Origin: Phycisphaerales bacterium
GTDB lineage: Bacteria; Planctomycetota; Phycisphaerae; Phycisphaerales; UBA1924
Assembly (NCBI GenBank): GCA_046593245.1
Contig: JBKJOD010000303.1
Span: 1 to 43,856, forward strand
DNA: 43,856 bases
Direction of reading: 5' to 3'
Positions 32,912 through 41,670 of this stretch are shown in pieces; positions within the stretch are counted from its first letter, which is position 1, and each line of letters begins with the position of its first letter. A program made the translations under genes and the position numbers. The notes below the pieces were generated by a model. That model had not been told where the DNA came from. It searched no databases and was given only the letters and a program-made list of their open reading frames with translations.

Positions 32912-34423
32912 TCAGCCCCCCGCCGCGCCCTCGCCCCCCGGAAGCGTCATGCTCCAGGGGTTCAGGTACGCGTCGATGTCCTCGCGCGAGATCGTCTTGC
33001 CCGCGTTATCTTTCTGCCCAACGACGGTTTCGTACGCGAGCTGCCGCACCGTCTTGCCCTGCTTGAACGCATCCTTTGCCAGTGCAGCAGATTTGTCATA
33101 CCCGATCACCGGGACCAGCGATGTACACATCGCCAGCGATCCCTCGATCAGCGACTTGCAGCGCTCCACATCCGGCTTCAGCCCGTCCAGCAGGTTGTCT
33201 GTAAACACGTGGCAGGAGCGTGTCAGCAGGTGGATCGAGTCGATGATGTTCGCCGCCATCATCGGCATCGCCACGTTCAGGTCCAGCAGTGAACCGATGC
33301 CGCCGAAACCGCCAAGCGTCACCGCCTGATCGTTTCCGACTACCTGGCAACACGCCATGATCACCGCTTCGCAGATCACCGGATTCACTTTCCCCGGCAT
33401 GATCGACGATCCCGGTTGCACCGCGGGCACGATCAGCTCTCCAAACCCGCAGCGCGGCCCACACCCGAGCCACCGGATGTCATTGGCGATCTTCGACATG
33501 CTCACCGCAATCGTCCGGAGCACGCCAGATGTTTCTACGATCGCGTCCTTCGCGTGCTGGGCCTCGAAGTGGTTCGCTGCTTCACGAAAGTGAACGCCTG
33601 TCTTCTTACCAACCTCCGCCGACACCATCGCGCCAAACTGCTCATGCGCATTGATGCCGGTGCCCACCGCCGTTCCTCCGATCGCAAGTTCCGAAAGCGC
33701 GTGCAACGCACGGTGCAGCCGCTCCTCAGTGTGCCGCATCTGGCTGGCGTATCCCGAGAACTCCTGGCCCAGCCGGATCGGCGTTGCGTCCTGCAAGTGG
33801 GTGCGTCCGATCTTCACGATCGTGTCCCACTCCTTCGCCTGTGATTCCAGCTTTTCCGCAATCTTCTTCACTGCTGGCAGCAACTCATTCTGGATCATCA
33901 CCGCCGCAGATATGTGCATCGCAGTCGGGAACGTGTCGTTGCTGGATTGTCCCATGTTCACATGGTCGTTCGGATGCACGCCACCCCCTTTGAGATACTC
34001 GGAATCCTTGCTGGACCCAATGGGCTTGTGCATCCGCACGCAGATGATGTTCGCCACCACCTCGTTCACATTCATGTTGGTCGACGTGCCCGACCCGGTC
34101 TGAAACGTATCAATCGGAAAGTGCGTCCACAGTCCGCCGAATGCCGGCAAGCCATCCTCAATCTCGTGGCATGCCTCGATGATCGCCTTCGTTCGCTTCT
34201 CATCCAGCCGCCCAAGCTTCTGGTTCACCGCCGCGCACGCCGCCTTCAGCACTGCATATGCCCGCAGAATCTGCGCCGGCACGGGCCGCCCCGACATTGG
34301 AAAGTTCAGCACCGCGCGCTGCGTGCTCGCGCCATACAGCGCCGCCAACGGCACATCCATCGGCCCCATCGTGTCCTTCTCAACTCGGGTCGAACCAGTC
34401 GCGGCGTTCGTCTGTGTGCTCAT
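32912..34423 (-). CDS. fumC: class II fumarate hydratase
   Basis: GSSIMPGKVNP signature. QTGSGTSTNMNVNEV, GQSSNDTFPTAMH and KIGRTHLQDATP match FumC rather than AspA. The start is placed at MSTQTNAATGSTRVEKDTMG (34423). Confidence 0.9.
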   Translation of the reverse strand: MSTQTNAATGSTRVEKDTMGPMDVPLAALYGASTQRAVLNFPMSGRPVPAQILRAYAVLKAACAAVNQKLGRLDEKRTKAIIEACHEIEDGLPAFGGLWTHFPIDTFQTGSGTSTNMNVNEVVANIICVRMHKPIGSSKDSEYLKGGGVHPNDHVNMGQSSNDTFPTAMHISAAVMIQNELLPAVKKIAEKLESQAKEWDTIVKIGRTHLQDATPIRLGQEFSGYASQMRHTEERLHRALHALSELAIGGTAVGTGINAHEQFGAMVSAEVGKKTGVHFREAANHFEAQHAKDAIVETSGVLRTIAVSMSKIANDIRWLGCGPRCGFGELIVPAVQPGSSIMPGKVNPVICEAVIMACCQVVGNDQAVTLGGFGGIGSLLDLNVAMPMMAANIIDSIHLLTRSCHVFTDNLLDGLKPDVERCKSLIEGSLAMCTSLVPVIGYDKSAALAKDAFKQGKTVRQLAYETVVGQKDNAGKTISREDIDAYLNPWSMTLPGGEGAAGG

Positions 34424-34679
34424 GGGGATCGTGCTGCTCTGAGTGTGCTTGAAATCCCCCGCAATCGCCACGCGGCGACACGGGTTCGGAGTGTAGAGAA
34501 CCAAGGCCTCTTCGTCGGCCGACGCATTCGTTCGCCCGTCCCAACCGACTGACCCGACCGCATACCGACCATGTCTGCGAATATCTTCCGTTTATCCCAC
34601 TTGCGCGTTCACTCACCCTCCAAACACGCCGAAACAGTCCAATAAGCGACTCCGGGATCTCGGCGATTTTCCGCTGCGA

Positions 34680-34695
34680 CCGCGTCGCGACGCGG
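34680..34695. promoter_or_regulatory. perfect 16-nt palindrome CCGCGTCGCGACGCGG overlapping the MCP ribosome-binding site
   Basis: Read directly. Its right arm overlaps GGAG (34694-34697), which lies 8 nt before the ATG at 34706. Confidence 0.35.
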
Positions 34696-34705
34696 AGTGC
34701 CTTTC

Positions 34706-36916
34706 ATGGTCATCGCTCGTGCATCGCGCCTCTGGAATCCCGCCCCGATCGCAATCAAGACCGCTGCACTTGCCATCAGTGCAATGATCCTCATCGGCGT
34801 CGGCTCCTGCGCGGAACTCGATGCACAAGATGCTTCGCACGCACGCAAGCCCGCCACCGCAGAATCCGCGGCGCCCAATCCGGCTGAGCCGGCAGATCAG
34901 AACGCTATCGCCGGGAGCACTGATGCTACTTCCGCAACCGAGCCGACGCTCGATCTCATCGCCGGCGAAGCTCCGCATGCGGACCGCCACCCCAAGCCAG
35001 TTGAGACCAACCAAGCCGCTCCAGCAGACACCACCGCACCCTTTGAGCAAGCAATCCCCTCAATCCCCGAAGTCGCTCCGGTCGCTCCCGCCCTCAAATC
35101 GCTGCTCTCGCTGGAGTCTTCTCCTTTGGAGAGCTTCTTCGAGCCATCGCCGCTTGATCTACGTGAATGGAGCGTGACCGGCAACCTTCCGATCCAACAG
35201 CATCCGGTATCTGAAAATACCATACCGATGCAACTCGTCCAAGTCGCCTCAGTCGTTGCTGCCACTGACGCATCTACATTCCCAGTATTTCCTCTTTTGC
35301 CAGCGAACCACTCAATCGAAGCAAATACCGCTGGATCGAAAAATGTCAGCGCTCAGCACGATGCCCCGAGCCCCTTCGACAACGACGCCGTGCGTTCGTT
35401 CATCGCGACAGCGACACAGTCCGCAACATTCGCGCACAGTCCGTCGCATCCCGCAACGCACGAATCCAGCGCTGCTCAGCAAATCAGCACGGACGCCTTC
35501 GCCGAATCGGTCATCATCGCGCCGAAGCCCCTTTCTTCAGAGCCTCCCGCGCGGCCCTTCAAGCCCATGGTTGTGGATGTCGCCGCGTCCCTCGTGCTTC
35601 CATCGTGCATCACTCAGCAGCCGATACCCGCCACCGCACAGCGACCCCCGTCACCGACGCACCCCGCGCCGCCAACAGCCTCAGTCATGTTGACATCGAG
35701 CGTCGCCACAGCCGCCGCGCCCGTCAGCCCTGCCATTCCGTACTTTCTCCTCGCCGCCATGGCCATCGCGTTCATAACCACCTGCGGCATCGCGTTCCTG
35801 ACTTCATCCACCACAGATTCCACCGGCACATCTCGCCGCGCGCTCACCATTCCCTGCCGGATTACGCTCGCCATCGGCACCCTCGCCGTCGTACTCATCG
35901 GCAGTTGCCGCTTCGGTGCTGCCATCTCCACCAGCATCGGCGGCCAGATTACTTGCGCTGTGTTTGCCGCCATTGGTGCCACCCTCTGCGTCGGCGCTGG
36001 TCTCTGGCTCTGCCGAGCCATCAGCGGCCCGGTCGCGGCATCGCTCTTCAACATCCGCGCCTTGGACTCTGGCAACCTCCTCGTCGCGCCGATCAACTCG
36101 ACCTCTCGCGATGAACTCGGCGAGCTCGCCCGTGCGACCGACAAACTCGCCGCGTCCATGAAGGACATCATCAGCGAGGTCGCCATCTCTTCCTCCGAAG
36201 TCGCCGCCGCCGCCAGCGAACTTGCCATCGGTGCCAAGGGCATGTCCGCCGCGGCGGGCCAGGTGTCCAGTCAGTGCGCCGTTGCTGCCGGAGATGCATC
36301 GACTGCGGGTCGCCTCGCCACCAGCGGCGGTCGTTCGCTCCAGCAGGCCGCCGCCGAGATCACCCGCATCGACGAGTTTGTCCACACCAGCACCGACTCG
36401 GTTCGCACGCTTGCGAATCGCGGCCGCCAGATCGCCCGCGTGGTCGAGCTGATCGATGACATCGCAGACCGCACCCATCTCGTCGCACTCAACGCCTCTA
36501 TCGAGGCATCCAAAGCAGGACCGAACGGCCGCGCATTCGCCGTGCTCGCCGACGAGGTCCGCCGCCTCGCCGAGCGTGCCCAGAACGCTACTGAAGAAGT
36601 CACCTCGACCATCCGGGGCGTGCAGGATGATTGCACCGCCGCCGCCGATCGCATGTCATTCGGAGCCGCCCAGATTAAGCAAAGCGCAGACCTCACCGGT
36701 CGCGCCGGACACGACCTCGCCGAGATCATCCGCACCGCCGGCGGCGTCTCCAGCATGATCCAGACGATCAGCACTGCGGCAGAAGAAGCCGGTGCGGGTG
36801 CTGCCCAGTCCGCAGGTGCCGCTGCCCAGCTCTCCAACCGTGCCGGTGATCTCAAGGCTATGGTGGATCGCTTCCGCATCGATACCACATCCTTCATGCG
36901 TCACGCCCCCACCTGA
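34706..36916 (+). CDS. methyl-accepting chemotaxis protein with lipobox-type signal, long low-complexity periplasmic region, 3 TM helices, HAMP and MA domains
   Basis: N-terminus ...AISAMILIGVGSC (lipobox-like), then about 300 aa of P/A/S/T-rich sequence and three hydrophobic helices (35.73-36.02 kb). HAMP-like ISGPVAASLFNIRALDSGNL...ELGELARATDKLAASM, and signalling domain LIDDIADRTHLVALNASIEASKAGPNGRAFAVLADEVRRLAERA. Confidence 0.85.
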   Translation: MVIARASRLWNPAPIAIKTAALAISAMILIGVGSCAELDAQDASHARKPATAESAAPNPAEPADQNAIAGSTDATSATEPTLDLIAGEAPHADRHPKPVETNQAAPADTTAPFEQAIPSIPEVAPVAPALKSLLSLESSPLESFFEPSPLDLREWSVTGNLPIQQHPVSENTIPMQLVQVASVVAATDASTFPVFPLLPANHSIEANTAGSKNVSAQHDAPSPFDNDAVRSFIATATQSATFAHSPSHPATHESSAAQQISTDAFAESVIIAPKPLSSEPPARPFKPMVVDVAASLVLPSCITQQPIPATAQRPPSPTHPAPPTASVMLTSSVATAAAPVSPAIPYFLLAAMAIAFITTCGIAFLTSSTTDSTGTSRRALTIPCRITLAIGTLAVVLIGSCRFGAAISTSIGGQITCAVFAAIGATLCVGAGLWLCRAISGPVAASLFNIRALDSGNLLVAPINSTSRDELGELARATDKLAASMKDIISEVAISSSEVAAAASELAIGAKGMSAAAGQVSSQCAVAAGDASTAGRLATSGGRSLQQAAAEITRIDEFVHTSTDSVRTLANRGRQIARVVELIDDIADRTHLVALNASIEASKAGPNGRAFAVLADEVRRLAERAQNATEEVTSTIRGVQDDCTAAADRMSFGAAQIKQSADLTGRAGHDLAEIIRTAGGVSSMIQTISTAAEEAGAGAAQSAGAAAQLSNRAGDLKAMVDRFRIDTTSFMRHAPT

Positions 36917-36998
36917 TCACCAGCCCTCCGCGCAAGCGGAAGGTTTCTTCTTGCACGCAGCACTCGCGTACCCTCCGCCCACCCCGGAGTCCGCCCAC

Positions 36999-38093
36999 GT
37001 GGCCACCAAAGCGAGCGCAGCACGAGTCGTGAGCAAACGCGCCAATCTGCCGCGCGGCGTGTACAGCGAGCTGCACCTCCATCTCGGCGGTGCGATCCTT
37101 CCGAACATTCTCTACTCCTATCTCCAGCGCCAGGTCGGAGCGGAGAAGGGCTCGCACCCGCTCCTCCGTCGCTTTCCGAATCATGAAACCTTTGAGCGTT
37201 TCTTCTCTCGCAAACACCGAACGTTGACGGACTACCTCCGAATGCACACGCTGGTGGAGGAGATCCAGCGCTCCCACTCGCTCCGCTACTTCATCCAGAA
37301 GCTCATTCGCGGCGCCGTGCTCTTTGACAACCTCGCGTACATGGAGCTGCGCTACACCCCGTACTTCCGAACCGATCCGCATTTGGATGAGGACCAGCGC
37401 ATCCGGCAGATGGAGGAAGTCGTTCAGTCAATCGCCGAAGCCGCCATCAGCCAGCCCCAATATCCGCTGGTATTTCGCCAGATTCTCTGCATCCACAGCA
37501 AGCTGCCCGAGCGCGTCAATCGTGCGATTCTCAATCTTGCAATCGCGCACGCCCCGCCGCGCTCCGTCAAGAGCCACACCGCCAACGGCACTGTCGTCGC
37601 CGTCGATGTCGCCGGCCCCGATGTTCTCTATGGTCCGCGCCTTGCCGAGATCATTGCACTCCTCAAACTCGCCCGCAAACGCGGCCTGCACACCACCGGC
37701 CACGTCTTCGAGACCGCTCACGGCATCCATCCGGAACTTCTGCCGCATCTTGATCGCATCGGACACGGCATCCAGATCCCCATCCGCCACCCCTCACTCC
37801 TGCGCGATCTCGCCAAACGCGGCCAATGCCTGGAAGTCTGTCCGACCACCTACATCCGCACCGGCACGCTCAAAACCTACGACGAGCTTCGCGTCGTCCT
37901 CGCGCGCTGCTTCGATGCGGGCGTCCCCATCGCCATCTGCACCGACAACAGCGGTATGCACCAGGTGCGCCTCCCCATGGAGTTCGAGAACCTCCTCGTC
38001 CGCGACATCATCGACTTCCACCAGATGGAGCAGTGCCACAAAGCCGCCTTCGAGCACGCGTTTGGGTGGGATGGGCCAGCGCGGGAGTTGTGA
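36999..38093 (+). CDS. adenosine/AMP-deaminase-family metal-dependent hydrolase
   Basis: ELHLHLGGAI (HxH metal site), VAVDVAGPD, TGHVFE, HGIQ, LEVCPTTYIRTG and ICTDNSG match the adenosine deaminase family layout. Start is GTG 36999 (TTG 36951 is an alternative). The ORF-track start 36792 overlaps the MCP. Confidence 0.75.
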   Translation: MATKASAARVVSKRANLPRGVYSELHLHLGGAILPNILYSYLQRQVGAEKGSHPLLRRFPNHETFERFFSRKHRTLTDYLRMHTLVEEIQRSHSLRYFIQKLIRGAVLFDNLAYMELRYTPYFRTDPHLDEDQRIRQMEEVVQSIAEAAISQPQYPLVFRQILCIHSKLPERVNRAILNLAIAHAPPRSVKSHTANGTVVAVDVAGPDVLYGPRLAEIIALLKLARKRGLHTTGHVFETAHGIHPELLPHLDRIGHGIQIPIRHPSLLRDLAKRGQCLEVCPTTYIRTGTLKTYDELRVVLARCFDAGVPIAICTDNSGMHQVRLPMEFENLLVRDIIDFHQMEQCHKAAFEHAFGWDGPAREL

Positions 38094-38115
38094 GTTCCTT
38101 TCACACATTGGGTGG

Positions 38116-38138
38116 CACGGGCGGCTTGCCCGCCCGTG
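38116..38138. terminator. GC-rich hairpin CACGGGCGG-CTTGC-CCGCCCGTG between convergent genes
   Basis: Perfect 9-bp stem with a 5-nt loop and no clear U-tract on either strand. It is related to the CAYGGGC...GCCCRTG hairpin family. Confidence 0.4.
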
Positions 38139-38174
38139 ATGTTGGCAACCCACGCAAACGACTGCCAGCAATCG

Positions 38175-38621
38175 CTATCCCACAGTTGCTCTGACCTGAC
38201 TCCTCACCGTCCCGCCCACCGCAATCGCCGCGCTGATCAGCACCAGATTCTTGATGATGTACTGCCCCTCCAGCGACGGCACCCACGGAATCGTCGTGAA
38301 GCACACGCGCGGCAGAATCACCAGCGGCAGAAACGTTCCCGGCATTTGCAGCAGCAGCAGCGCGATCGAGACCCGGATCAGCGGCCGCCACAACATGCAC
38401 ACCCCGATCGCCACCTCCCACACGCCCAGGGTCGGGATGAACCAGCGCGGATCAAACCAGTACACCGTCCGCTTGACGAGTTCTTCCGCCGGGCTGCCGC
38501 CCATGACTTTGAGCCCGCCAAACCAGATGAACACGATCGCCAGCGAGACACGCAGCATCGTCGGCGCGTAGTCGCGCATGATCGATGCGATGCGATGGTC
38601 GATTCGTTCGAGCGTCCGCAC
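38175..38621 (-). CDS. small integral membrane protein, DoxX/YkgB-like
   Basis: Four predicted TM helices. LRVSLAIVFIWFGGLKVMGG resembles the first helix of DoxX/DUF417 proteins. Family assignment is tentative. Confidence 0.55.
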   Translation of the reverse strand: MRTLERIDHRIASIMRDYAPTMLRVSLAIVFIWFGGLKVMGGSPAEELVKRTVYWFDPRWFIPTLGVWEVAIGVCMLWRPLIRVSIALLLLQMPGTFLPLVILPRVCFTTIPWVPSLEGQYIIKNLVLISAAIAVGGTVRSQVRATVG

Positions 38622-38644
38622 CAGAATGCTCCCCTATCAGCCAC

Positions 38645-39436
38645 TCACACACGCGAGAGCGTTGGCAACGCACCCAGCCGCCATTGCCGCGCATGCCACG
38701 CGAACCACGCACCAAGGAACAGCCCGAAGATGATGTGCGCCGTCAACGTCACTACTACAAACCGCGTCGTCATGTGAATGCCGAAAAATGCTGAGTACGG
38801 CGAGACCAGCAGGCAGATCTCAATCCCCACCGACATCACCACTGCCCACGCGATCGGCTTCCACACGCGGGCGCGCATACCCGCCGCCGCTTCCTTCGCT
38901 CCCGCGTACATCGCCGCGAACATCACCCCGAACGTCGCGCCGTTGGAGAAGTGATACGCCCATCCAAGCAGATGCGCCGCCAGCGAGTACCCCGCGCCCC
39001 ACGCGCTCCCCGGCCCGCTTGCCACGCCCTGCTCCATCGGTTCGCCCAGAATCAGCGCGCCGAAGCGTGGGAACACCTTAAACAGCGGCATCTGCGGAAT
39101 CCCCAGTCGCCCCATTCCCCACGCATCCGAAAACACAAACGGCAATCGGAACACGTCGTACGCCACCGCCCCAGCCAGCCCCGCCACTGTTCCGATCATC
39201 ACCCACCGCCACAGCAGCCCGTTGCCCTTCGTGCGGTCCAGCACTGCCATCCCGTAGAGCGCGACCGTCGCCGGCAGCAGGATCGCATAGAAAAACGTCC
39301 GCATGTTGCACAGCCCGTACATCTCGCTGAGCAAACACCAGATTGACGCCCCGGCCAGCACGAACACCACTGCCCGTCCCACCCCGGTCCATCGCAAAAA
39401 TGCGGGAAGGCGAGTGTTCTGTGCGTGCGTCATCAT
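38645..39436 (-). CDS. hypothetical polytopic membrane protein
   Basis: Multiple hydrophobic helices and G-rich coding strand like the other minus-strand genes here. It lies 23 nt upstream of the DoxX-like gene. Start is ATG 39436 (or TTG 39457). Confidence 0.6.
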   Translation of the reverse strand: MMTHAQNTRLPAFLRWTGVGRAVVFVLAGASIWCLLSEMYGLCNMRTFFYAILLPATVALYGMAVLDRTKGNGLLWRWVMIGTVAGLAGAVAYDVFRLPFVFSDAWGMGRLGIPQMPLFKVFPRFGALILGEPMEQGVASGPGSAWGAGYSLAAHLLGWAYHFSNGATFGVMFAAMYAGAKEAAAGMRARVWKPIAWAVVMSVGIEICLLVSPYSAFFGIHMTTRFVVVTLTAHIIFGLFLGAWFAWHARQWRLGALPTLSRV

Positions 39437-39487
39437 GGCGCCAAAATATACCAGCAAGGCCGCTCCGGCGTTGCGACCGCAGTCTTT

Positions 39488-39529
39488 CTCCGCGAATCCC
39501 TGCGCAACCTCCGCGAACCCGTGCGTGTG
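39488..39529 (+). repeat. tandem doublet of the 21-nt unit (CTCCGCGAATCCCTGCGCAAC / CTCCGCGAACCCGTGCGTGTG)
   Basis: Same unit as at 19716-19757. It lies between the rny stop and the start of the downstream membrane-protein gene. Confidence 0.55.
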
Positions 39530-39559
39530 GTTTTCCTGAACCCGAACGCCAATCCGGCT

Positions 39560-41179
39560 CTACCTCGCAAACTCAATCGCTCGCGTTTCGCGCAACACCG
39601 TCACGCGGATCTCGCCTGGGAACGTCATCTCTTCTGAGACCTTCTTGGCGATGTCGTACGCGATCTTCTGCGCCTCATCGTCGGTTACCTTCTTCGCATC
39701 CACCATCACGCGGACCTCGCGTCCGGCCTGAATAGCGAACGCCTCGGTCACGCCCGGCTGGCGGAGCGCAATGTCCTGCAACTCGTTGAGCCGCTGGATG
39801 TACTTCTCCATGCTCTCGCGCCGCGCACCGGGCCGAGCCGACGAGATGGCATCCGCCGCCATGACGATCGGTGTGTAGAAAGTAGTGGAGGGGATGTCCG
39901 CGTGGTGCCCGGCGATCGCGTTCAGCACCGCGTCCTTCTCGCCGTATTGCCGCGCGAAGTCCGCGCCGATCTTCGGGTGGCCGCCCTCCATCTCATGGTC
40001 CATCGCCTTGCCGATGTCGTGCAGAAAACCGCAGCGCCGCGCCAGCGTGCCGTCCAGCCCGAGCTGCTCGGCGATCATCTGGCTCAGGAACGCCACTTCG
40101 ACAGAGTGCCGCAGCACATTCTGGCCGTACGAAGTTCGGAAGCTCAGCTTCCCCATCGCCTCCGAAATCTTCGGGTGGATGCCGCGCATGTTGGTCTCAA
40201 GCACCGCGTCCTTACCCGCCTTCTGCACCTTCTCCTCCAGCTCTGCTTTGACTTTCTCCACAACCTCTTCAATGCGAGACGGGTGCATCCGCCCATCAGC
40301 AATCAGCCGATTCAGCGACTCCACCGCGATCGCCTGCCGAATCTTGTCGAAGCACGACACCACAATCACGCCCGGAGTGTCGTCGACGATAATGTCCACG
40401 CCCGTGGCCTTCTCGATCGCCCGGATGTTCCGCCCCTCGCGCCCGATGATTCGGCCCTTCATGTCATCCGACGGGATTGGCACCGCGCGCACGGTGCTCT
40501 CCGCCGTGTGCTCGCTGGCGTACCGCTGCACGGCCATTAGGGTGATCTCCTGGGCCTTGCTCTTCGCCTCGGCCGTCGCCTCTTCCACCAGCTTGGCAAC
40601 GATCTTGGATGTCTCATGGCGGCAGTCGTCCTCGACGCGCACCAGCACCTCGCGTTTCGCCTCTTCCGGGGTCCACCCGGAGATCTGAAACAGCTTGTCC
40701 TTCTGCTGCTGCACCGTCTGGTCCAGCTCTTCGTGCTTCTTGTCCAGCCCAGCTTCCTTCTGCTTCAGACCCTCGCTCTGCTTGTTGAGCAGTTCGGATT
40801 GCTTGGAAACCTGATCTTCTTTCGTTGTCAGGGTTTCCAGCTTCTTGTCAATCAGGTCTTCTCGCTTGGCGATCCGCTTCTCCGCCTCGCGCATCTCATT
40901 TCTGGACTTTTCCAGTTCCTGCTCAAACACCGACTTCCGCTCCAGCGCGGCCTTGTCCGCGTCCACCCGCGCCCGCTCCGAAAGCGTCCGTGCCTCCTGC
41001 TCCGCCCGCGACTTGATCTCCGCCGCCTCCGTCTTGGACTTGGCGATCGATTGGCCACGGAGCGACGACTGAATGAAATGCCAAACAACCGCACCAACGA
41101 CCAAAGCCGCGGCGCCAATGCCAATCGCCACGCCATCGTTCATGGCCAGCAGGGTTGGAAAATGAATGTGTGTAAGCAT
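39560..41179 (-). CDS. rny: ribonuclease Y
   Basis: N-terminal TM helix, a long coiled coil, a KH domain (MKGRIIGREGRNIRAIEKATGVDIIVDDTPGVIVVS) and an HD domain (GFLHDIGKAMDHE...HH). The C-terminus PGEIRVTVLRETRAIEFAR is colinear with B. subtilis RNase Y. Start is 41179 (GGAGGG 12 nt upstream) or 41143. Confidence 0.9.
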   Translation of the reverse strand: MLTHIHFPTLLAMNDGVAIGIGAAALVVGAVVWHFIQSSLRGQSIAKSKTEAAEIKSRAEQEARTLSERARVDADKAALERKSVFEQELEKSRNEMREAEKRIAKREDLIDKKLETLTTKEDQVSKQSELLNKQSEGLKQKEAGLDKKHEELDQTVQQQKDKLFQISGWTPEEAKREVLVRVEDDCRHETSKIVAKLVEEATAEAKSKAQEITLMAVQRYASEHTAESTVRAVPIPSDDMKGRIIGREGRNIRAIEKATGVDIIVDDTPGVIVVSCFDKIRQAIAVESLNRLIADGRMHPSRIEEVVEKVKAELEEKVQKAGKDAVLETNMRGIHPKISEAMGKLSFRTSYGQNVLRHSVEVAFLSQMIAEQLGLDGTLARRCGFLHDIGKAMDHEMEGGHPKIGADFARQYGEKDAVLNAIAGHHADIPSTTFYTPIVMAADAISSARPGARRESMEKYIQRLNELQDIALRQPGVTEAFAIQAGREVRVMVDAKKVTDDEAQKIAYDIAKKVSEEMTFPGEIRVTVLRETRAIEFAR

Positions 41180-41321
41180 CACGCGAAAAGCCCTCCGAAA
41201 ACGCACGCGGCATAATGCCACGAGCGGGATGGGCCCGCGTTGCACGTTCAACCAATGGCCACTGGCTCATCGCCAGTGCCCGTGGACGGTCTGTTTTCAG
41301 ATCAATCGTGCTGCCGCCACC

Positions 41322-41351
41322 GCCGGAAACGCCCATGCACTCGCATGGCAG
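41322..41351 (+). repeat. partial REP-like element GCCGGAAACGCCCATGCACTCGCATGGCAG
   Basis: It aligns with 21406-21437 (CGGAAAGCCCATGCCACTCGAAACATGGGCAG) and contains the hairpin CCATGC-ACTC-GCATGG (41333-41348). A further hairpin CACTGGC-TCATC-GCCAGTG lies at 41260-41278. Confidence 0.45.
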
Positions 41352-41615
41352 CGTTCCCAACCGGCACTCTGTCCCTTCGGCGGCCCCGCATCGCGGAACT
41401 CGCCTCGAATCTGACAACCAACTTCCAACCATTCAATCTGCGGCACGTCAAAGCACTCTCGATCTATCCGAACTCGGGCAATCGCCTTCGCTCGGGTATT
41501 CCCCATTCATCTTCCAAGCCGTGGAGCGCGAGCGCTGCAACACGATTCAGGTTCCGAACATGGAATACTGCAAACAGCCGCCCCGATTGCTCATGCACGC
41601 GGGGTGGTGGATAAA

Positions 41616-41635
41616 CCCCGGCGAAGTTGCCGGGG
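41616..41635 (-). terminator. terminator candidate after the PilZ gene
   Basis: CCCCGGC (41616-41622) / GCCGGGG (41629-41635) with a 6-nt loop. On the minus strand it is followed by UUUAUCC. It lies about 35 nt past the stop at 41671. Confidence 0.4.
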
Positions 41636-41670
41636 ACTGGTTGGTATTAGAGCAGGGTGTGAGGATTCCG

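Noticed and set aside
32912-34504. Calling this gene aspartate ammonia-lyase (aspA), or using the full 530-aa ORF.
   Set aside because: The diagnostic segments match FumC (QTGSGT..NMN.NEV, SQSSND.FPTAMH, KIGRTHLQDATP) rather than AspA. The 27-codon N-terminal extension has no counterpart in the family.
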